Position numbers and translations under genes: made by a program. Of a stretch of 64,000 nt of DNA, positions 31,064-40,253 are shown piece by piece. Origin of the DNA: Phycisphaerales bacterium (GTDB taxonomy: Bacteria > Planctomycetota > Phycisphaerae > Phycisphaerales > UBA1924); contig OZ245777.1 in the NCBI GenBank assembly GCA_965227775.1, positions 2,144,001-2,208,000 of the forward strand. Reading direction: 5' to 3'. Each line of letters opens with the position of its first letter. Position 1 is the stretch's first letter. The notes beneath the pieces are model-generated. The model was not told the origin of the DNA and did not search any database. It saw only the letters and a list, made by a program, of their open reading frames with translations.

Positions 31064-31693
31064 GTGACGCTTGCGATACATGTATTCATTCTGTCTGAAC
31101 TTCTTGGTGCCTGTGCAGTTGTTGCGCTGGCGCTAGTCTTTGCAATTTGCGATGAATCAGACAACACGGTAAGGCGCCTTGTTTGGGCCCTGATTCTAGC
31201 ATACACAATCGTGAGTTTTGTAATTACTGTCGGCTTTCGCGGCCAAGGCTTATGGGCGTGGCCACTTGTGTTTGGCGTTCCTGTGCTTGCTATTGGTGGT
31301 GCAATGGCAATTTGCGTGATTCAGTACTGGCTTCGGCAACAGAGCGATCTGATTCGCACGCCAATCGAGAAGCGGTTCGAGAAGGCAGCAGCGGCAGACA
31401 GGCAATTTGCAGCCTTCATGGGTGTAGTCGCATTTCTGGCCCTTAAAGGGATTGATATAGGTTGCGTACTTCTTTTGCCAGACAGCGCGGCGGCCGCGGC
31501 CCTTGTATCAGTGTTGTTGCCGCTCAGCCTAAGCACTTTCTTTCCAGTAGTCATGCTGTGCACCTTTAACTTTGCGAGGACAGCAACCGAAACCAAGTAT
31601 CACGGTCAATTGCCTGAGCGCTGTGGTCAGTGCGGCTATCTTCTTGAATCGATTCCTGGTCACAGATGTCCCGAGTGTGGTTATCAGAGGTAG
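31064..31693 (+). CDS. Membrane protein with C-terminal zinc ribbon, candidate immunity protein
   Basis: 12 bp after the rhs stop, AT-richer like the toxin tip, about 5 TM helices, CGQCGY...RCPECG. Confidence 0.6.
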   Translation: MTLAIHVFILSELLGACAVVALALVFAICDESDNTVRRLVWALILAYTIVSFVITVGFRGQGLWAWPLVFGVPVLAIGGAMAICVIQYWLRQQSDLIRTPIEKRFEKAAAADRQFAAFMGVVAFLALKGIDIGCVLLLPDSAAAAALVSVLLPLSLSTFFPVVMLCTFNFARTATETKYHGQLPERCGQCGYLLESIPGHRCPECGYQR

Positions 31694-32217
31694 TTGTGCG
31701 GAAATTAGGTGGCGGACTCTCAACAACAGATAATATTGAATTAGAATGATGTATCGGTGTGTTTCGGAGGCAGATTGCTTTGGTATTATTCTACCTCGGG
31801 CAAGTGGCACCCTGATGTATTTTATCAAGTGTCGTAATCGCGCACAGTTTGTGCCGGAAATAGTTTCGAGCGTTGTTGCTGTGACTGGGCCACCGAGAAT
31901 ACAAATCTGATGATCTGCCTTCGAACCTCTTGAGTACGACGATAGCGCAACAGTTAGTATTTGGCCGCGATGGGGCTAGCGATCTTTAAAGGGCGCCCTG
32001 CCGCAATGCTCGTAAGGGCAGACTCTGATCGCTGGCGACGTTGAGTTCCGCAACAAAGCAACATCGTGTCTCTATTATCGAAGCGGTTGTCAAGGCAAAA
32101 GCTATCGCTACAGATGGTGCAAACATGGCGTAAAGGCCTTGTCGTCAACATCAGTGACGCTGCGTGGTCCAAGTCTTGCCAGGCCAGCCGCTGACTAGCA
32201 TGGAAACGCTCCCTCGA

Positions 32218-32425
32218 CTCTCTTTCGCCGCTCTGTTGAACTCCACCCATCCCTGCCCCCGTCGTCTCGATCGGGTGCAAGCGGCCGCCGGCTTCCTCGG
32301 CGTCGCCGTCGCTGTGCTCGGCGCCTCGTGCAGCCGGTTCCCTGGCGGGCCGGGCGGCTTTCGCTTGACCCGCCATCGACGTGGAGGCTCTTGGGATGCA
32401 CGTTCAACATCCAATGAAAGGAGTC
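32218..32425 (+). promoter_or_regulatory. Long stem-loop leader closing at the Shine-Dalgarno sequence
   Basis: Nested complements CTTTC/GAAAG, TGTTGAAC/GTTCAACA, CATCCC/GGGATG, CGGGT-CAAGCG/CGCTTG-ACCCG, GCCGCC/GGCGGC. Confidence 0.65.
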
Positions 32426-32430
32426 ACCAG

Positions 32431-32754
32431 ATGACGAACCAGAACAACACCTCGAACACCACCAACAATCCCGTCGACCACGTCCGCCTCGGCGCTATCC
32501 GTGCCGCGATCTGGCGGAACACCGATTCGCAGGGCCGAGTCCGGTACAACGCCACGTTCGAGCGTGGCTACGTCGACCAGAAGGGCGACTGGCAGTCGAC
32601 CACGTCCTTCGGCCGCGACGACCTGCTGCAGCTGGCCAAGGTCGCCGACATGGCCAACACACGGATCCACGAGATTCAGGCCGAGGATCGCGAGCACGCG
32701 GACCGCAACGCGGCAACCGCCGCCGCGGCATCGGAGCACGTCGCGACCCGATGA
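32431..32754 (+). CDS. Small putative ssDNA-binding-fold protein of mobile elements
   Basis: GAIRAAIWRN...YNATFERGY.D.KGDWQSTTSFGRDDLL; strong AAAGGAG RBS. Confidence 0.6.
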   Translation: MTNQNNTSNTTNNPVDHVRLGAIRAAIWRNTDSQGRVRYNATFERGYVDQKGDWQSTTSFGRDDLLQLAKVADMANTRIHEIQAEDREHADRNAATAAAASEHVATR

Positions 32755-33701
32755 GTGCGAGCTCGAACCCAGGCGGATCGCCGGCCACGGCCGGCGGTCC
32801 TGCCACCCCCGCAACGCCCAGCAAGGCCGAGCGGACGAAACAGATTGCCAAGGACGCGTTGGACGAGTTGGCCCAGGCCCTCGACGCGGGCAACTCCGTC
32901 CAGCTCGATCGCTTCCTCGCGGCGATGTCCCGATTCCACGCGTACAGCGTGCGGAACATCCTCCTCATCCTGAGCCAGAAGCCCGACGTGACCCGCGTCG
33001 CCGGCTTCCACACATGGCGTTCGCTCGGCCGGCACGTGAAGAGGGGCGAGAAGGGCATTGTCATCCTCGCCCCGATGCTGGTCCGCTCCGCCGGCCACGA
33101 TCGGGAGGCGAGCAACAATGACGAAGATCCCGAACGCATCCTGCGACTCCGCGTCGTGTACGTGTTCGATGTCAGTCAGACCGAGGGCGAGCCGCTGCCC
33201 GAGCCGGCGAGAGCTGGTGGCGACCCGGCCGGGTACCTCGACAGGCTCGAAACCTGCGTCGTCGAGAGCGGGATCACGCTTGAGTATGCGGATGACCTTG
33301 GACGGGCCGAGGGCGTATCGAGTGGTGGGATGATTCGTGTCAAGCGGGGTCTGCCATTGGCAGAGCGTTTTTCGGTACTGGTGCACGAGCTGACCCACGA
33401 GATCCTGCACCACGGCGAGGGTGTCGAGCGGCCGAGCAAAACGGTGCGAGAGACCGAAGCCGAGGCGGTGGCCCACGTTGTGTGCCGTGCGATCGGCCTC
33501 GACGTCGGCTCAGCGTCCTCGGACTACATCCGCATGTACCGTGGCGACTCTGAGACGCTGGTGGATTGGCTCGACCGCATCCAGCGCGCGGCGTGCGCGG
33601 TCATCGAGGGCATCGGCCTGGTCGAGCCTGCGACGACACGGACCCTTGTCCCCGAAACGTCCGATCGATCCAAGACCGCCGCGAGGCAGCACACACGATG
33701 A
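32751..33701 (+). CDS. ArdC-like antirestriction protein (ssDNA-binding domain plus zincin domain)
   Basis: FHAYSVRNILLI..Q, VAGFHTWRSLGRHVKRGEKGIVILAP, VFDVSQTEG, VHELTHEILH, ETEAEAVA. Confidence 0.85.
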   Translation: MSASSNPGGSPATAGGPATPATPSKAERTKQIAKDALDELAQALDAGNSVQLDRFLAAMSRFHAYSVRNILLILSQKPDVTRVAGFHTWRSLGRHVKRGEKGIVILAPMLVRSAGHDREASNNDEDPERILRLRVVYVFDVSQTEGEPLPEPARAGGDPAGYLDRLETCVVESGITLEYADDLGRAEGVSSGGMIRVKRGLPLAERFSVLVHELTHEILHHGEGVERPSKTVRETEAEAVAHVVCRAIGLDVGSASSDYIRMYRGDSETLVDWLDRIQRAACAVIEGIGLVEPATTRTLVPETSDRSKTAARQHTR

Positions 33702-33754
33702 TCCTCACGAGCACACGCCATCGTGTGCGGGTTGGCACGCGACGGTCTTCGTTT

Positions 33755-33927
33755 CTTTCGCCGGTGTGCATCAAGCTGCGCCAATCCTGGCACCTCCCGC
33801 CGTCCGGGAAAGGGTCGAGCCGTGCCCCGCCAGGCCTACGCCCCTCTGGGGCCCTTGCCCGTTCGGCTCGATGGCGGTGCCTTGTCGGCGAGCTTGTTCA
33901 ACACACCGACGAAAGGACTCCGATATG
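33755..33927 (+). repeat. Conserved structured upstream repeat, copy 1
   Basis: Homologous to 34271-34426; extensive internal complementarity; ends GAAAGGA-N7-ATG. Confidence 0.85.
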
Positions 33928-34197
33928 ACAAGACGACACGAACCCCCATCCGACGAACTGCCGCCTCACTCCGAACTGGCCGAGGTCTCAACACCTCACC
34001 GGCCGCGTTACTGGGAGGTGACGCTGACCGATACCACGCAACGCACCTTCCTGATCAACACGGATTCGCAGCCGGAAGGGCCCATCTCGGATCGGGGCCC
34101 CGAGGAGATCGACTTCTGCATTCGCGGCCGGGTCGCATACACGCACGAGGAACACCTGGAGCGTTGGGCCGAGATCGTCCTTTGCCCGGAAGAGTGA
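33925..34197 (+). CDS. Small hypothetical protein
   Basis: AAAGGA RBS, MTRRHEPPSDE..., 90 aa. Confidence 0.6.
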   Translation: MTRRHEPPSDELPPHSELAEVSTPHRPRYWEVTLTDTTQRTFLINTDSQPEGPISDRGPEEIDFCIRGRVAYTHEEHLERWAEIVLCPEE

Positions 34198-34270
34198 TCT
34201 GGTTCTGCACCGCGAGGGCTCGTTCGAATCACGTTCGATCGTGCATCGGCGATCGGCGGAATGGTCGACG

Positions 34271-34426
34271 CCTTCGTGGTGTGTATCAAGCTGCGCCCAG
34301 CCTGGCACCGCCCGCCGTTCGGGCAAGGGTCGAGCCGTGCCGCTGCGCGGCCCTTGCCCGCCCGGCTCGATAGCGGTGCCGTGGGGGCGAGCATGTTCAA
34401 CACACCAACGAAAGGACTTTGACATG
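34271..34426 (+). repeat. Conserved structured upstream repeat, copy 2
   Basis: Homologous to copy 1, with a compensatory change and a shorter apical loop. Confidence 0.85.
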
Positions 34427-34699
34427 ATACGAAGATCTAAACCTTCACCCGACGACCTGCGGACCTTCGAGGTCAGCGTGGTCCGCACTACCCGCGAGAC
34501 CCACGTGGTCGAGGCGATCGACGACGCTCAGGCCTTCGAGTGCTACCTCAAGGGCGACTGCATCGATGTCTTCGAGGACGAACTCAGCTCGCACTACGAG
34601 GGCACGACGCTGCGGGAAGAGCACCAGGACTCGCTCAGCCACTGGGACCTGCTCGAGCTCCTCGATGTCTCGCTTCCACACGCACTCGAGAGGAGGTAG
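34424..34699 (+). CDS. Small acidic hypothetical protein
   Basis: AAAGGA RBS, MIRRSKPSPDDL..., 91 aa. Confidence 0.6.
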   Translation: MIRRSKPSPDDLRTFEVSVVRTTRETHVVEAIDDAQAFECYLKGDCIDVFEDELSSHYEGTTLREEHQDSLSHWDLLELLDVSLPHALERR

Positions 34700-34701
34700 G
34701 C

Positions 34702-35241
34702 ATGGAATCAGCAACAAGAATCCTATGTCCGGAGTTCCGACTCGACTCCTCGAACGAGATCGCATCATGTCGTGACGGAGACCACCGCCGAGCATGGCAC
34801 ACCAACTTGATCGATCTTCAATCCGATAGTTCCATCGTGCTCGGGGCCTGCGTGAAGTGGTACAGCCCGAACCCGGAAGACTCCGAAGAGCCTGACGATT
34901 TCCTCGTTCCCAGATGGCAGGTCGCGACTCATGAGCTGACAGACTTCCTGGACAATCACCGAGTGGAAATGTATCCCTCGGAAGGCGTACCAACGGACTA
35001 TTCGGTCGCGACGGAACGGCGTCACTTCAAGATGTGGGAACGGACGCCGAGTCAGTTGTTCCACTGGGATCCGTTCAACATCGCGGTCTACAGCCTGTCA
35101 CCCTGGGCCGCTGAATTGCAGGTGATGCTGGTCGACCGATACGAGGTTGAAGATCCGTTCGAGGGTGATCGAGAGCTCACCGAGCGTGCCTTCGGATTGT
35201 GGTACGCGGTCCAGCTCAGCGAGGAGTTCAATAGACTCTAG
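34702..35241 (+). CDS. Hypothetical acidic protein
   Basis: AGGAGG RBS; MESATRILCP... Confidence 0.6.
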   Translation: MESATRILCPEFRLDSSNEIASCRDGDHRRAWHTNLIDLQSDSSIVLGACVKWYSPNPEDSEEPDDFLVPRWQVATHELTDFLDNHRVEMYPSEGVPTDYSVATERRHFKMWERTPSQLFHWDPFNIAVYSLSPWAAELQVMLVDRYEVEDPFEGDRELTERAFGLWYAVQLSEEFNRL

Positions 35242-35292
35242 TACGAATCCCGCATGCACTCCGCCGCTCGCAGATCTTGTTGCGAGCGGCAC

Positions 35293-35664
35293 TCACCCAT
35301 CCACGATCTCGACCGAGATCGACTCGATCCGTTCTTCGTACTCATCGCCGACTGACAGCGAGCCATCGCTGACCTTCACGCTCGTCGCTCGGTGCTGGAT
35401 GATCGCCCGGTACAGCTCGCCGAGCTTGCGACCCGTGATCGTGACCACCGCTCCGGAGAACACCATCTCGATGCCGGATGACGGATTCAGCGTCGCTCGT
35501 AGCAGCATCGAGTAGGGGAACGCGGCCCGGTCGCCGCCCGCCAGCACACAGTCGAGCATGGCGGTGTACCGCTCGCCGGCGTCAAAGGCCGGCTGCTCGT
35601 CCTCGACGGGGATGCGGGACTTCGTGCCCGTGTACTTCTCGATCAGATCGTGGCTACCGCTCAC
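35293..35664 (-). CDS. Small hypothetical protein coupled to the relaxase gene
   Basis: Overlaps the relaxase 3' end; FPYSML...VTITGRKLGELY. Confidence 0.65.
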   Translation of the reverse strand: MSGSHDLIEKYTGTKSRIPVEDEQPAFDAGERYTAMLDCVLAGGDRAAFPYSMLLRATLNPSSGIEMVFSGAVVTITGRKLGELYRAIIQHRATSVKVSDGSLSVGDEYEERIESISVEIVDG

Positions 35665-38473
35665 GGCTCAACCCACGTTCGGGCCCTCCACGCCGGCGTT
35701 GCTTTGCGCGGCGACGGCCACGGACGCGTTCGAGGCGGGCGTTGAGTGCGGCCCGGATCCTCGATCCGCGCCGCACGCTGGCGAACAGGGCGAGCGATCG
35801 TTGCTGATGCTGTGCGTGCGACAGCTGGCGGCCTGGCAGTGGGGGTGGGGGGCCGCCGACCAGCTCGGTCGCACTCACCCGCGAGCGATCCCGAAGGACG
35901 GACTTGAGCAGGCGGTTCGCGTCGTCGGTGAAGATGGTGACTGCTTTGCGGCCACGCGTGACCGACGTGTAGAACTGCTTCCGGTCTCCCGCCCCGGCCG
36001 AGTCGCTGGACTGGGCGAGGATCAGGTGGTCGACCGTGCGGCCCTGGGCCGCGTGGCTCGTGACGCAGTAGCCGTGCGTGAGGTGGCCGAAGCCTTTGGG
36101 CAGCGTCCAGCCGTTGGTGAGCCTGATCTTGCCGTCCTTGGTCAGGCCCTTGACCTCGTAGATTGAACCGTTGTTCAGGCGATGCTTGCCGTCGTGCGTG
36201 CGTCCGTTCTTGGTGATGCGGATCTGGTCACCCTTGGCGACTCCCAGATCCGACTTCTCGTACACCTCGAACCGCTTGGCCAGTTCCAGCGGCAACGCGA
36301 TCTCCTGCCCATCGCGTTGCCGCGTGGCCGTCACCGTCCGGTCGGAGACGCCCGTCACCAGCACGCGATCCGATCGCCGTGTGCCACCCGCGACGTTCTG
36401 GTGGAACGCGACCACGTCGCCGGGCCGGTACACCGTCGCGTCTTGCTTCTCGGCTTCGGTGAGCTGGCGGGGACGCAGCTGCTCGATGCTCGCATCGCGT
36501 TGCCCGATGAGCTTCGACTCGCGGAGGCACTCACGGATCCGCTCGGTGACGGCCCGCCCCTCGCCGTGTGTCGGGGAGACGACCAGGGCGGATCGGCCGC
36601 TCGTCACCGTCTCGACGTAGGTGCCGGCGAGCTCCGCGGCCCGCGTGTCGTCGGCAACCTCACGGATGGCACCCATGTTCCGGAGCGTCTCAAACCCTCG
36701 CTCGAGATCGCCGGCGTTCAGCCGCGAGCACGCCTCTCGATAGGCCTCGTGCTCCTGGCGACGCACGGTCCGCACTTCGGCTGGTGTGATCCCGCCGTGG
36801 GTCTCCAGCAGCCTCATCGCGTCGCCGCGGGTGACGCTGGAGTGCTGGGCCGTGTCGCCGGTCAGCAGCAGGCGGGCGTCGAGCTTGTCGGCCATCTTCA
36901 CGAGCTTTGCCATGTCGGGCGTGCTGAGCAGTCCCGCCTCATCGACCCAGATCACTTGGCCCTTGAGGCGGTGCTGGAGATCGGGGTTCTGCAGCACACT
37001 GGCGACGGTCTGGGCGTTGGTGAAGCCGTCGCCACGCAGGACCTCGTGCGTTGCCATGGCGGTCGGGGCCGCAGGCTGGACACGCAGGCCGGACTGCTCG
37101 ATGGCCGAGACGACCTCCTGCATGAGCCGCGTCTTGCCGACGCCCGCCCGGCCGCGGATCGCGACCACGCCGTCCGTCGATTCGAGCACGTGTCGCACGG
37201 CCATCTGCTGCTCCGCACTGAGTTCGGTGTCCTGGCACACGTGGTGCTTCGCGAGCGACTCGAATCGTCCCCGGCCCTCGCGGACCGTCGCCAGCATGGC
37301 TCGCTCTTCTTCGAGAACTTGTGGTGTGGTAACGAGCGTTGCCCCGTCGAGCGTGCCACGCAGCAGCTTCCCATCGGAGATGCGAGCCTCCAGGTGCACC
37401 CGTGCCGACTCCGGTGTCACACCCCCGGTTGACCGCTCCATTGCCGCCGCGAGCAACGCCCGCTCGGTAACGGTCGACTGCCGTGCCAGCAGGTGCTCGG
37501 TCGCCGAGCGGAACGCGTCGTCGATCTCGAGGGGGCGGTCACGATCGGCGGGCTGGTCCTTCGCCACCTCGCTTGTGCGTTGCAACTGTTCACGGATGTC
37601 GTCGGGCAGCCGCTCACGCCACGCGTGACGCAACTCCTCCATCGAGGCGACACTAAGCTTGTGCTGACGCGTCTGGGCCCCGAGCTCGGCCTTCTGGTCG
37701 GCGTTGGTGATGCCACGCTCGCGGGCCAGCTTCTCGATCTCGTCGGTCCGCCGGCTGAAGGCTCGGATGGCTTCCTCCGGAATCCCCGCGATCTCCCAGC
37801 CGCCTCCGCGACGCTCGATGTCGTAGCCCAGGCCGACCAGCTTCTCCTTGAGCCGGGCCTGCTGGGCGGCCTGGAAGTAGGGGGCGTCGGTCTTGATCTT
37901 CCCGAGGTCCGCCGCCTTCCAGCGGGACTCTTCGGAGTCCCACGTTGCGTTGAACACCACGCAGTGGACGTGTGCTTGCGGATCGGGGATGCCGTCGACC
38001 GGCCTCGCCGTGAAGTGGGCGAATTCGGCCCACAGGAGGCTTGAGGTGGGGCGGTTGTGGTCGGCGCCGCCGCGACGCACCCGCGTCTCGGCATCCGCTT
38101 CCAGCTCCCGCATCGTCTCGCGGACCGACTCACGGAAGGCCTCGGCGATCCGGGGATCCCGGCCCAGCTCCATCGCGAGGCTGACCGACTTGGGCACGCT
38201 CCACGTCAGGTCGTAGCCGACGCGACGCTGGTCCTTAGTGCGGGGCGTGAGCTGTTCCCCGGTTTGGGGGATGCGATTGTCGCAAAGCGACTCGAAGGCG
38301 TCCCTGGAAACTTGGCCCGAGAGACCCAGCCGCTCGGCGGCTAGGCCGTCCCATTCGCCCAAGACCTCCTGGTCGAGGACCTTCTCATCGGCGTAGTACT
38401 CGCCCCGTGAGAGAGCCTCGCGAAAGTACGACTTCGCTCCCTCGGCGGAGACGATGGTGGTCATCCGCAGCAT
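35654..38473 (-). CDS. MOBF (TrwC/TraI-like) relaxase-helicase
   Basis: N-terminal Tyr cluster SYF...EYY, GYDLTWSVPKSVS, H-FTAR...PDPQAHVH HUH motif, FSRR, helicase GRAGVGKT, DEAG, HGYCVTSHAAQGRTVD. Confidence 0.95.
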   Translation of the reverse strand: MLRMTTIVSAEGAKSYFREALSRGEYYADEKVLDQEVLGEWDGLAAERLGLSGQVSRDAFESLCDNRIPQTGEQLTPRTKDQRRVGYDLTWSVPKSVSLAMELGRDPRIAEAFRESVRETMRELEADAETRVRRGGADHNRPTSSLLWAEFAHFTARPVDGIPDPQAHVHCVVFNATWDSEESRWKAADLGKIKTDAPYFQAAQQARLKEKLVGLGYDIERRGGGWEIAGIPEEAIRAFSRRTDEIEKLARERGITNADQKAELGAQTRQHKLSVASMEELRHAWRERLPDDIREQLQRTSEVAKDQPADRDRPLEIDDAFRSATEHLLARQSTVTERALLAAAMERSTGGVTPESARVHLEARISDGKLLRGTLDGATLVTTPQVLEEERAMLATVREGRGRFESLAKHHVCQDTELSAEQQMAVRHVLESTDGVVAIRGRAGVGKTRLMQEVVSAIEQSGLRVQPAAPTAMATHEVLRGDGFTNAQTVASVLQNPDLQHRLKGQVIWVDEAGLLSTPDMAKLVKMADKLDARLLLTGDTAQHSSVTRGDAMRLLETHGGITPAEVRTVRRQEHEAYREACSRLNAGDLERGFETLRNMGAIREVADDTRAAELAGTYVETVTSGRSALVVSPTHGEGRAVTERIRECLRESKLIGQRDASIEQLRPRQLTEAEKQDATVYRPGDVVAFHQNVAGGTRRSDRVLVTGVSDRTVTATRQRDGQEIALPLELAKRFEVYEKSDLGVAKGDQIRITKNGRTHDGKHRLNNGSIYEVKGLTKDGKIRLTNGWTLPKGFGHLTHGYCVTSHAAQGRTVDHLILAQSSDSAGAGDRKQFYTSVTRGRKAVTIFTDDANRLLKSVLRDRSRVSATELVGGPPPPLPGRQLSHAQHQQRSLALFASVRRGSRIRAALNARLERVRGRRRAKQRRRGGPERGLSRER

Positions 38474-38865
38474 GTCGAGATGTCTCAGGCGTTGGTAGAG
38501 AACTGTTTTCGGTTCACCGGATCATCACCGAAGACGCTCAGCCGATCAAGCCAATGTCACCATCATGGCCGCAAGTGGGTTCCGCCAGATTCTCTGTAAA
38601 ACCAGAGAGCAACGCACACACTCGTACCCAAAGCTCAGCAATCCGGCAGAGCTATGAGCACAGACGGAGTCCCACCAGTTTCTCCGCAAGAGAAGACTAA
38701 ATCCCGCAGGCGTCTCTCCGAAGCAGGGCTTTGGACGTGTGGTGATCCAATTGTGCCTCGCAACTAGCACGTTATGAAGTTCATCAAATTCGACCTTGCG
38801 CCAACGCCCGGGATCCTGTACGCTGAATCCAAGAGATGTAGACAAGACGAAAAGGAACGCCTTCA

Positions 38866-40179
38866 ATGTCACAGTACCAACAATTCCAATCGCTTATCGG
38901 TATTGCTGTGCTGGTCATTCTGTGGCCTATAGATGGTGTCCTAGCAGCTACATGCAACGTAGGAGACGCATTTGCTCCTCAAGCCATATACGGAGTGACG
39001 CGCACACCTAGTGCATTGGTTGCGACAGATATCGATAGCAATGGGACAGCTGATCTGGTTGTGTCAAGCTATGACGACAATGTCGTGTCACTATTGATCA
39101 ACGACGGGAGTGGACACTTTACCTCCAAGATACCCTTCTGGCCGGACGCAGGCCAACTCGTCTTCGTGGATGCCGCGGACATCAACAGCGATGGTCATAC
39201 GGATTTGGCGATCGCAAGCTTCAATGGTGAATTCGTCCGTCTTGGTACCGGCGACGGATCCGGAGCCTTCACTCGTAGCGGAGTGCTTCGAGCCTATTTT
39301 GACACAACGGTGGCTGTGTTCATAGACCTCAATACTGACGACTTACCCGACATCGTTGCCAGTCACGCTAGAGCGGGTCTCGCGGCGTATCTGAATGTTG
39401 GCGAGGGCGTGTACCGTGACTCAGGTCAGTTTGAGCTAGAAGACTACTCCGGTCATGCACTCCTGGTCACGGATGTGAACGCAGATGAACTACCGGATCT
39501 CATCCAGGTCCGCCAGACATTCTCAGCTGGCGACAGAGTATCAGATGTTCAGGTGTTTCTTGGACTCGGCGATGGCACTCTGCAACTGCCACGTAGCATT
39601 AGGCTCGACGGCATGATGCGGTCGGTTGCCGCAGGAGACCTCAACCGTGATGGAGCCTTCGATCTTGTCCTCGCAGGCGACGCCGATGCGGTCACAGTAC
39701 TCTTGGGTAAAGGAAACGGAGACTTTTCAGTGGGCGGCAGCTATGGCGTCACGGTTACGCCCACTTGGATAAGTGTGGTGGATGTAGACAAAGACGGCAT
39801 GCTCGATCTCGCGATTGCCAGTGAAGGTGATCAAGTCTCAGTTGTCTCGGGACAAGGTGATGGCACGTTTGGCGAGGAAGTGCTCTTCGACTCTGGCCAT
39901 GATCAAAGTTCGATTGTCGTATCCGATTTGAATCAAGATGGCCAGCTCGATCTCGTAGTAGCCAATGGAGCGGACAACACGATCTCCGTGCTGCTGAATC
40001 AGTGTGAAAGCTGCGCAATGGACTTCGACAAAGATGGAAATCTGACATTGCTCGACTTTCTCGTCTTTAAGCAGCTCTGGTGGGAGGAGGACTCTCAAGC
40101 CGAGCTAGACAAAGACGGAGCGTTCACGCTTTTCGACTTCCTTGAATTCCAACGCCGATTCATGGCAGGGTGTGCCTAA
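38866..40179 (+). CDS. Secreted FG-GAP/VCBS repeat protein with dockerin-like tail
   Basis: Repeated DxNxDGxxDL; C-terminal CAMDFDKDGNLTLLDF...FMAGCA. Confidence 0.85.
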   Translation: MSQYQQFQSLIGIAVLVILWPIDGVLAATCNVGDAFAPQAIYGVTRTPSALVATDIDSNGTADLVVSSYDDNVVSLLINDGSGHFTSKIPFWPDAGQLVFVDAADINSDGHTDLAIASFNGEFVRLGTGDGSGAFTRSGVLRAYFDTTVAVFIDLNTDDLPDIVASHARAGLAAYLNVGEGVYRDSGQFELEDYSGHALLVTDVNADELPDLIQVRQTFSAGDRVSDVQVFLGLGDGTLQLPRSIRLDGMMRSVAAGDLNRDGAFDLVLAGDADAVTVLLGKGNGDFSVGGSYGVTVTPTWISVVDVDKDGMLDLAIASEGDQVSVVSGQGDGTFGEEVLFDSGHDQSSIVVSDLNQDGQLDLVVANGADNTISVLLNQCESCAMDFDKDGNLTLLDFLVFKQLWWEEDSQAELDKDGAFTLFDFLEFQRRFMAGCA

Positions 40180-40253
40180 CGGGCAGCAGATCCAGGCAAA
40201 CCGCCGCCTCCCTATCATGCGCTCGTACAGTACAGCAGCAATGGAGAAAGGGC

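Noticed and set aside
33755..34426. CRISPR array or integron attC cassettes
   Set aside because: Only two long copies separated by an ORF, no cas or intI genes, and no clear RYYYAAC/GTTRRRY ends
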